Shown here in pieces: positions 55,312-64,000 of a stretch of DNA of 64,000 bases. The stretch comes from Octopus sinensis (taxonomy: Eukaryota): positions 20,968,464 to 21,032,463 of the forward strand of contig NC_043011.1 in assembly GCF_006345805.1 (NCBI RefSeq), written 5' to 3'. Every line of letters begins with the position of its first letter. Position 1 is the first letter of the stretch. The position numbers and the translations under genes are program-made. Under the pieces are notes generated by a model. That model made no database searches. It saw only the letters and a list, made by a program, of their open reading frames with translations, and was not told the origin of the DNA.

Positions 55312-55566
55312 GCAGCGTGGAAGGTGTTTATAAGCCATTTAAGAAACACACAAAAACCGTTAGATTTACTTCAACATTTAAATTTAATTTGTCAAAATAT
55401 TTTCGTCGCTTTGAGACCGCGACCTGTTCAGCACAAAGTTTTGCCAGTGAACAGGTCGCGGTCTCAAAGCGACGAAAATATTTCAACAAATTAAATTTAA
55501 ATGTTGAAGTTAATCTAATGGTTTTTGTGTGTTTCTTAAATGGCTTATAAACACCTTCCATGCTGC
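55312..55566. repeat. Long palindrome (119 bp arms, 17 nt loop) in intron 2 of the transporter gene
   Basis: 55312-55430 is the reverse complement of 55448-55566 with a handful of mismatches. Confidence 0.95.
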
Positions 55567-56510
55567 TTTTATTTTCGTTCCAGCACACGATCTCAGATCA
55601 AGTCACTCGCTATGCAAGTACATCTCCGTAATCATCATTAATTATTCTCTCCAATTATTAATTTAAATCTATTTTTTGGAACTGTTTTGTTTTTGATTGC
55701 TTCTTTCAACATCCATACACTTTCTCCTTTATCTCTTACCTCTCTTTCTGTCCATGACAAAATCCCAGACTACACATGGTCACAAAAACTCAAATTTCAC
55801 AACTTGTGAAGTAAACACAGTGATATCACTCAGCACACTGCCCCGTGAAGGTCACTGTTAGCTCTCACTGTACATGCAACCGTGTGCTGCCATTTGTTGG
55901 TGCTCTACAGAACTAGTCTGGGAGCTTTTTGAAACCACCCCATATATGTATATATATGTATGTATGCATGCATACACATACACACAAAAGCATATACATA
56001 TAAGATTCTCTTTTCACCTCATGCTCTAGGTTCCTTAGAGCATTTCATTTGAATAGCAATAACAATCAAAATGTATTTCAAGATAGTAATTTTTTTCTAA
56101 CCTAGGCACAAGGCTAGAACAACCCTTTCTTGATTGTTACTTTCAATTCACAAAGGATGAAAGACAATGTTAGCTTCAGCAGGATTTGAACTCAGAACTT
56201 AACCATAACAACAACACTAACACAAGGCATTTCATCCAATGCTCAGCCATTCCATCCTCTTTTATGATAATAATTCTTTCTAACATTGACACTAGACCAG
56301 TAATTCTGAAGAAGGCGTAAGTCAATTACACCAACCCCCAGTGCTCAGTTGGTACTTTATTGACCCTTAACAGATAAGAGGCAAAGTTGACCACAGCAGT
56401 ATTTGAACTCGGAATGCCACTAAGTGTTTTGTCTGGTAATGTAATGATTTTACTATTTTGCCATCCTTTTAAGATAATTACAACTATTCTTAACTATTTT
56501 TTTTTTGCAG

Positions 56511-56666
56511 GTGGACTCATATTTGCCAAAAAGATGCGTGAATGTAAATATATGACGATGTTGGATCCATTTCACAAAAAGTATGGCTCTCTGATGGTTA
56601 TTCTGATTTACCTAATAGCCCTGTTTGGAGATCTTCTGTGGTCAGCTTCCATTCTTATTGCACTTG
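56511..56666 (+). CDS. SLC5A7: SLC5A7/CHT1-like, coding exon 3
   Basis: polyT-gcag acceptor and gtaagt donor; 156 nt, phase 1-1. Reads GGLIFAKKMRECKYMTMLDPFHKKYGSLMVILIYLIALFGDLLWSASILIAL versus CHT1 [26 protein letters not shown]. Confidence 0.95.
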
Positions 56667-56792
56667 GTAAGTTAACAAAATATGAAAGGAATTTTTTTTA
56701 TTATAACATTAACCTTGGCTCGTAGAGTGACCCGCTGTTCTTGAGGGGACCTAATGAATCAAGTACATCAACATCAAAATAAAAATTCAAAT

Positions 56793-57123
56793 GGAAATTG
56801 CAGTTAAGACACCCGTGCCGGTGACACGTAAAAAGCACCGTCCAAACGTGGCAGATGCCAGCGCCGCCTGACTGGCGTCTGTCGGTGACACGTAAAAGCA
56901 CCAACTGATCGTGGCTGTTTGCCAGCCTAATCTGGCCCCTGTGCCGGTGGCACGTAAAAAGCCACCCACTACACTCACGGAGTGGTTGGCATTAGGAAGG
57001 GCATCCAGCTGTAGAAACACTGTCAAATCAGACTAGAGCCTGGTGCAGCCTCCATGGCTTCCAGACCCCGGTCGAACCGTCCAATCCATGCTAGCGTGGA
57101 AAACGGACGTTAAATGATGATGA
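56793..57123 (+). mobile_element. SINE-D-type repeat with (ATG)n tail and internal tandem units
   Basis: (gtgccggtggcacgtaaaaagcacc-unit)n...ggcattaggaagggcatccagctgtagaaac...ggaaaacggacgttaaatgatgatgat. Other copies lie at ~517-830, 8270-8468, 11382-11537, 12833-13145, 52408-52965, 53648-53970, 57765-58326 and 60763-61230. Confidence 0.8.
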
Positions 57124-57507
57124 TATACTCTTTCTTCTTTTACGTGTTTCCTTCATGTGTCTGTGGTCAAGCTGGAGCACTGTTTTGAAAAGTTTGAATT
57201 GATCACGACCTCAGTGCTTGTTTTTTCAATCTGGTACTTATCTATCAGTTTCTGTATGTAGGACATGTCTGGTTATCAAGAAATATTACCTTGCTTGGAA
57301 ACAGGTGAGGTTTGACTATTTGAAGGGCATCTCTCTATAGAAAATATGTCTCAATAAATTCCATTTGACTCATGCAAGCATAAAAAAGTGCACTTTAAAA
57401 TTTTGATATGAAAATAAAACTGTAAAAACAAAAAAAAAGCTTGAAAATACAAATTTTTTTGTCTGTTTTAATTTTCCTTTGACCCTGGTTTATGTATTGT
57501 TTTTCAG

Positions 57508-57656
57508 GAACCAGTCTGGGAATAATGACCGGCATTAATACAAACGTAGCAATTGTGATATCAGCCCTTGTAACTATTGTTTATTCTGTCAGTGGTCAGA
57601 TGTTTGCAATTGTTTATACAGATGTTATTCAGCTGGGATTTATTATTATTGGAATG
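57508..57656 (+). CDS. SLC5A7: SLC5A7/CHT1-like, coding exon 4
   Basis: ttttcag acceptor and gtaagt donor; 149 nt, phase 1-0. Reads GTSLGIMTGINTNVAIVISALVTIVYSVSGQMFAIVYTDVIQLGFIIIGM, with the SSS-family 'YTDxxQ' motif. Confidence 0.95.
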
Positions 57657-58598
57657 GTAAGTACAATTATACTTGGGAGCCAGTTGGGGATATACTTCAT
57701 GTCTTCTCTTGTTCCCTTTCCTTTTATATTTTACAGGGTTCATTTATTTCTTTTTTTTTTGTATTCGTGGCTGATGCCAGTGCTGCCTTGACTGGCTTCC
57801 ATGCCGGTGGCACATAAAAAGCACCAACCGTTCGTGGCCATTGCCAGCCTACCCTGGCACAGGTGCCGGTGGCACGTAAAAAGCACCATCCATATATGGC
57901 CGATGCCAGTGCCGCCTTGACTGGCTTCCATGCCGGTGGCACATAAAAAGCACCAACTGATCGTGGCCATTGCCAGCCTCCCCTGGCATGTAAAAAACGC
58001 CCACTACACTCACGCAGTGGTTGGCGTTAGGAAGGGCATCCAGCTGTAGAAACACTGCCAGATCAGACTGGCAATGGTCACGGAAAACTTTTTTTTTTAC
58101 ATGTCACCTGCACACCGGCACAAGTGCCAGTAAGGTGACGCTGGTAACGGTGAAATGTAGAAAGCACCCAGCACACTCTGTTAAGTGGTTGGCATTAGGA
58201 AGAGCATCCAGTCGTAGAAACCGGGCCACAACAGATAGCTGGAGTCTGGACAGCTCCATATCAAACCGTCCAACCCATGCCAGCATGGTGAAAAGACGTT
58301 AAATGCTGCTGCTGACGATGATGATGGTTGAATAAAGACTTGTGAGTGAAATTTGGTAGACAGATACTATATAAAAGCCTGTTAGAGTTATAATTTCTCC
58401 ATTCATGGGTGTGTAGACTTAATCCATCACTTGGTTCAATGCTACCACCAGGATTTTTAGATGCCCTTATTGCATCCTACATTGTTGCAAGTACCCGGGC
58501 CAAGTTTTCATGTCTGGGGATCTTCCTCTTTTCCTTTCTACCAATTATGAATACCTTGAAAAGGGCCATGGGTGCTGTTCTTCCTTCTCTGATTAAAC

Positions 58599-58799
58599 CA
58601 GTGCTTTTCAAACTTTTTGCTGTAGCGGAACCCCAAAGAAACATTTCACCGGCTCGAGGAACCCCTGTGCAATAATTTAATTGTCTTATGCACACATATC
58701 TGCACAGGAGAATTAAAAATTACTGCCGATTTTAGCAGTTTTGTAACTTTTTACGGAAACCCTGGACTGTACTGGCGGGACCCTGGTTGAAAATCACTG
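58599..58799. mobile_element. hAT (Charlie-like) MITE
   Basis: TIRs cagtgcttttcaa / ttgaaaatcactg; 8 bp TSD gattaaac / gattaaat. Confidence 0.8.
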
Positions 58800-59944
58800 G
58801 ATTAAATCCTTGATAACAATTACCCATTAAGCAGTCAGAAGCAAGCAGAGTTACATACCTTGCCCAGATATAAAATAATGGCTGTAGAGAATAAGCAACT
58901 GAACATGCGGTCTATTGTTTACTCCTTTCTATTCTCAGTCGTTATTATGACTTCTTTAACTGTTATTAAAACTAAACTTTTAAATATGTTGAAGTACATT
59001 CAGTTAATGATGATGAGACTAAATAACATGACTATACTTTGCTCCTTGCATTTAGTATGTTAACATTAACGTACCTGATGTCTTATTATGCATATATGTA
59101 TGAATGCATGTGTATGTGTGTGTATTTGTGTATGAGCTAACAAGGGTAACTTTTATATGGTAGCTGGAGAGGGTAGAAATCTCCCTGACGTCTTCCTCTA
59201 CTGTCTTGTGTATGTATGGCCCAATAAGGGAAACATCTGCATGGTAAGTAATAGAAATAGCAGCCAAATCTTCCCCAGATCACATCCTATTGTTTTTATG
59301 TGTGTATGCATATGTATGAGCTAACAAGGGAGACCTTCACATGGTAGTTAGATCTATTAGAAATAGCAACCAAATTTCCCTCAAAGCAATGAGAGACGCT
59401 ACTGCGTAATAACTAGACCTGAGAGAAATAACTACAAAATCTTCCTCAAATCAAGAAAGATGGAAAACGAACATTAAATGATTATGATGATTGGTGGGAG
59501 AGCATGCAGACGTTTGCCAACACTATTTCTGCCAATTGTCACTTGCTTTACACTCTGTTCGTACTTTTCTTCCATCTTACCACCCGTACTGGTTTCAGTT
59601 GTTGAAGCATGGCCATACTGGGGCACTGTCTGCTAGTGTATTATTGAATACATCAACCCAGTACTTATTTTAATGACCTTGGAAGGATGAAAGACAAAGT
59701 TAGCTTGGACAGGATTTGAACTCAGATTGTAAAGTATCATAACCAAATACCACATGGCATTTTAGTACATTGTCCTAGCTATTCCATTATCTACCTATTG
59801 ACTATGACCAAGCAGTTCCATGCCATTGTTCAGTTGCTTTCTCTTTGATTATATACTTGCTATCTTTATGTCCATTCTGGTCTGTTATATTTGTCACATT
59901 CTCTTGAATATATTTTTCGTATCACATCCTACTGAATATATTAC

Positions 59945-60130
59945 CTGGATTGGCCAGGCTCCATTCCCCCTTGTGCTCTTGCCATTCTCCTCTGCGTTGT
60001 TCCAAACATTTTCCTTGAATCATCTTCCCACCTGATTAGAGCTCTTCTGAGTGGTCTCTTATGCTTGTACGGGTACCACTCGACAACTGCATAGCTCCAC
60101 CGATTGTCTGTGAACCTTGTGACATGTACT
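59945..60130 (-). mobile_element. RTE-like LINE C-terminal fragment (intronic)
   Basis: Reads HVTRFTDNRWSYAVVEWYPYKHKRPLRRALIRWEDD, matching the 'GH..R..D.RW....W.P...KRP.GRP..RW.D' motif. Confidence 0.75.
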
Positions 60131-60274
60131 GGAATTGACTTCATTTTTTTATTTGCAAACTGCCCAAATCATGAATGTTATTTGCTTCATTAATGTAACA
60201 TCATATGTTTATGTGTTAGCAATATTAACAATTAAATATTTATTCATTTTCTTTTCAAATTTTTTTTTTAACAG

Positions 60275-60400
60275 TCTGTGTGTACTCCATTTATACTTTT
60301 GGATGAAAGAGTAGCCAGCATCTCTTCAACAAAGAACAAATGGCTTGGTTCTGTATCAAAAGATGAAATTGGTGTTTGGACTGATCTTTTCATCACTATG
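60275..60400 (+). CDS. SLC5A7: SLC5A7/CHT1-like, coding exon 5 (gene apparently continues beyond the window)
   Basis: polyT-aacag acceptor and gtaatt donor; 126 nt, phase 0-0. Reads SVCTPFILLDERVASISSTKNKWLGSVSKDEIGVWTDLFITM versus CHT1 ...[22 protein letters not shown]. The expected next exon (LGGIPWQ) was not found before 64000. Confidence 0.9.
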
Positions 60401-60538
60401 GTAATTTTGTGTATTTGTGTGTATGTCATATATGTGTATATATGGTGCAGGCATAGTGAACGGTTTAGAAAATTGCTTTGTTCTGGCTGTACTCCCTTCA
60501 GCCATCCCACACTTACTTATATGTGTTGAATATATCTG

Positions 60539-60762
60539 TTTCTTTATTACCCACAAGGGGCTAAACATAGAGGGGACAAACAAGGACAGATAAACAGATT
60601 AAGTCGATTACATCGACCCCAGTGCGTAACTGGTACTTAATTTATCGACCCCAAAAGGATGAAAGACAAAGTCGACCTCGGCTGAATTTGAACTCAGAAC
60701 GTAACGGCAGACGAAATACGGCTCCACATTTTGCTCAGCGTGCTAACGTTTCTGCCAGCTCA
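60539..60762 (-). mobile_element. SINE-C
   Basis: Collinear with 9275-9506. Other copies or tail variants lie at ~2725-2942 (+), 14545-14690 (-), 14735-14888 (-), 15107-15325 (+) and 40301-40462 (-). Confidence 0.88.
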
Positions 60763-61539
60763 TCATCATCATCATTATTGTTTAACGTCTGTCTTCCATG
60801 CTGGCATGGGTTGGATGGTTTGACAGGAGCTGGCCAGGCAGACGACTGCACCAGACTTCTGTGTTTGTTTTGGCATGGTTTTTATGGCTAAGTGCCTTTT
60901 CCAACACCAGCCACCTCATAGAGTATATATGTATGCGTATGTGAGTATATAAGGCTTACATGCATAGGTATGTCCCCTGCATCCCTCTTCAGCTGAGCAA
61001 TCCTAATCTTGTAGGTTTGTGGGTGCTGGTGCCATTTAAAAGCAACTGTGCCAGTTCTGTGTAAAAACACCCAGTACACTCTGTAAAGTAGTTGATGTTA
61101 GGAAGGGCATCCAGCTGTAGAAACTATGCCAAAACAGACATTGAGCCCAGGCAGCTCTTCAGCTGCCAGTTACTGTCAAACCGTCCAACCTATGCCAGCA
61201 TGGAAAACGAACATTAAATGATTATGATGATTGGTGGGAGAGTATGCAGACGTTTGCCAACACTATTTCTGCCAATTGTCACTTGCTTTACACTCTGTTT
61301 GTACACCACCCGTACCTGTTTTCGCTTTCTGCCCCCTTTTTTTCTTCTCCTCTCCTTGTGAGGATCAAAGGTGTGAAATGTTTGAAATTGTTAGACAGTG
61401 TATTCTGAGAAATCAAGATTTTTTAGGTGAGAAGTGTGTGTGTGAATGTATAATGGTACACTTACACTCAGTGATTCTGAAAAGAAAGAAGCATTGAAAT
61501 GCTACCATAAAAGGTTATTAAATGTGGATAATGTGTGAG

Positions 61540-61986
61540 AGACAGAGGGTCTTCCCAAAGTGGACCAGCTATCCTAGTTGACAGCCGTATGATAGATAAA
61601 ACAGTTTAGGATATGAAGTCAAGGAAAGCTCCTAGTCCATCAGAAATCACTGCTGTGATGCTTAAAATATCTGGTGAAGTAGGATACAGCCTAGTCAGTT
61701 CGTGCAGGAAGGAGTCATATCTAATGACTGGTATACCAGCATTTAGTCAACTGTTGCAAGGGTAAAGGAGACACCTTGAACAGAAGTAAGTACAGAGGTA
61801 TCAAATTGCTGGACCAGGCTGTGGAAATTACAGAAAGAGTTGTGGCCCATTTAATTAGGGAAGAGAATTAGTCTAGATGAGATGCAGTTTGGTTTTGTGC
61901 CAGGATGGAGTACTACTGATACTCCCTTTCTAGTGAGGCAACTGCAAAAGTATTTAGCTAAAAGTTAGTCATTATAGTTAGCTTTT
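61540..61986 (+). mobile_element. RTE-clade LINE RT fragment, decayed (intronic)
   Basis: Reads MKSRKAPSPSEITAVMLK...KGKGDTLNRSKYRGIKLLDQAVEITERV...LDEMQFGFVPGWSTTD..FLVRQLQ across frameshifts and stops. Confidence 0.85.
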
Positions 61987-62957
61987 AATTTTGTGAGTTA
62001 ACAGGCTTTCAAATTCATGCATATGTATGCATTATTAGCGCATAAAATGTACTATTTCTTAGTTATGTAGCTTGAAGTTAGAGTTATGTACCATGATCAG
62101 AAAATGTAAGGGAGATGACTCGGAGTTTCATTATGTATCCTGTTGAGATGGCGACTTATCAAGAGTCGTTACAAGTTCAGGCAGAATGTTTTACAGTGTT
62201 TGTTTTCGTCCTCTGTGCTCTGAATTCGAAAGTCTACGAAGTCATTTTTATTTTTCATCCTTTTTGAGATCGATAAATAAAATATCGGTCACTGTACTGG
62301 AAACGATTCTTCTTTCACAGTCTCCCTGTGTTCAGACCTCGATAGGGAAGGACTCCATCAGGTTTATAATACTGAATATTATAAATACTGAATCCTGCCC
62401 TCCCGCACAAACACTGAATGGTTAATGAAATTTGTTTCTGGAGCAGGGACAGACCCTTGAAACTGCAGGCTCTTGTAGACTGGTGAGATTGACATGACTA
62501 ATGCACCACCAAAAAGCATCTATCAGTAAATGTTTGCAAAAGTGATCTCTGCTGCTTAAAGGCACATAAGAACCAGGAAGTGGTGTTAGAAATCTCATAT
62601 GCTTGTAAAATATACTTAACTAAAAGTACCAAGGCAGTTTAGGCTGTTAACTCATTCATCATTGCCTTCCGTGACAAGTCCTACTTCACTTAACATTTAT
62701 TTCAAGAAGGAGATGCAGTACCTAAAATTTAACAGGCATCCTAGACTCATAACACTCATGGCCTCTGCTGGTCCTTTGGATTAGTAACACCCATAACTTT
62801 TGTAAGCCTTCTCAATAGCTGCCATAACCTTTGGAGGCTTCCTGGATTAATAGTTTCCTTAGCTTTTCTTTCTAGAATGATGAGGTTGGTTGATGCTAAT
62901 GGGGTGTGGTGGAGCAAATGTGGACAGTAGGAAGTGAGTTATAGAGATTTGATGTAG

Positions 62958-63440
62958 GGCGGCGAGCTGACAGAATTGTTAGCACGCCGGGCGGAATGCT
63001 TAGTGGTATTTCGTCTGCCGTTGCATTCTGAGTTCAAGTTCTGCCGAGGTCGACTTTGCCTTTCATCCTTTCAGGGTCGATGAAGTAAGTACCTATTTCT
63101 ATTTCTTTACTACCCACTAGGGGCTAATCACAGAGGGGACAAACAAGGACAGATAAACAGATTAAGTCGATTACATTGACCCCAGTGCGTAACTGGTACT
63201 TAATTTATCGACCCCGAAAGGATGAAAGGCAAAGTCGACCTTGGCGGAATTTGAACTCAGAATGTAGTGGCAGACGAAATACCACTAAGCATTTTGCTCG
63301 GCACGCTAACATTTCTGCAAGCTCGCCGCCTTTAAATAAGTACCAGTTACGCACTGGGGTCAATGCAATTGACTTAATCTCTTTGTCTGTCCTTGTTTGT
63401 CCCCTCTGCGTTTAGCCCCTTGTGGGCAATAAAGAAAAAT
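62958..63440. mobile_element. SINE-C (+) containing an inverted SINE-C (-, 63094-63331)
   Basis: Inner TSD tgaagtaagtacc / ttaaataagtacc (63081-63093 / 63332-63344). Confidence 0.92.
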
Positions 63441-64000
63441 ATATAGGGAGTTGATGCTCTGAAAAGGAGGAACTTGGCAAACTTTGATGAAGTAAGTTAA
63501 AGTACTAATAAAGGGGAAGAATAGGTTCAGGTAGTTTGCAGCTTCTTATTTTAGAGCAACAAAAGTTGTAAAAGTTGTACACAAGGCAGAGAGAGGACAC
63601 GGTGTTGTGTAGTTTTGTTTTCGTGGCATGTTTGGTGGAATTGTCAATAAGTGAGATGGTGCTGTCTGGATTGGGTTTTTGTTTACCGAAATCCGCTCAC
63701 AAGAGTTTGGTTGACCTGGGTCTGTAGTAGAATGAGACTTGCCCAAGTGTCACACAGTGGGACTGAACTCAAGACTACTACATAGTTGGAAAGCAAGCTT
63801 CTTAACCACATAATCGCATTTGCATAACACAGAAAAGCCAATCTCTGGGAGATTTGGTCCCATAGAAACTATACACATGGTCACTAAGAAGAAAAACTAA
63901 TTGAAAATTGTAAAGGAAGGATGGTTGTCTACAACTGTTTTTATGACTTTAAAGAGGCTGAAAGTGAATTCAGTAGGAATAAGAGTTGATAGAGATATTG

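Noticed and set aside
56815-58005. Repeat-spacer pattern resembling a CRISPR array
   Set aside because: The spacers are homologous to each other, the arrays sit inside a dispersed eukaryotic repeat, and there are no cas genes.
63628-63660. MFGGIV as a possible exon 6 (LGGIPWQ) of the transporter
   Set aside because: It lacks PWQ, hits a stop within a few codons, and has no suitable AG acceptor.

Overview
This is AT-rich, repeat-dominated animal genomic DNA; the SINE families and giant (TA/CA) microsatellites suggest an octopus or other coleoid cephalopod (inference). Almost all ORFs in the supplied track are microsatellite or SINE noise. The one host gene I can support is the 5' part of an SLC5A7/CHT1 (high-affinity choline transporter)-like gene on the + strand: five coding exons at 54410-60400 with consistent splice phases, apparently continuing past the window. 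The rest is nested mobile DNA: four abundant short interspersed families (my labels SINE-A to D), a 4 kb GC-rich L1/Tx1-clade LINE (- strand, 36336-40300), fragments of Penelope, CR1, RTE and CRE-like retroelements, and mariner, hAT, piggyBac-like and TTAGGG-bearing MITEs. The most notable observations are: (1) SINE-C sits inverted inside itself at the same nucleotide in two apparently independent loci; (2) the SINE-C 3' tail resembles the 3' end of the Tx1-like LINE, suggesting a SINE/LINE partnership; (3) the transporter lacks aromatic residues conserved in canonical CHT1; (4) there are several hammerhead-like motifs and long fold-back hairpins, some inside the transporter's introns. Coordinates were read by eye and may be off by a few bases.
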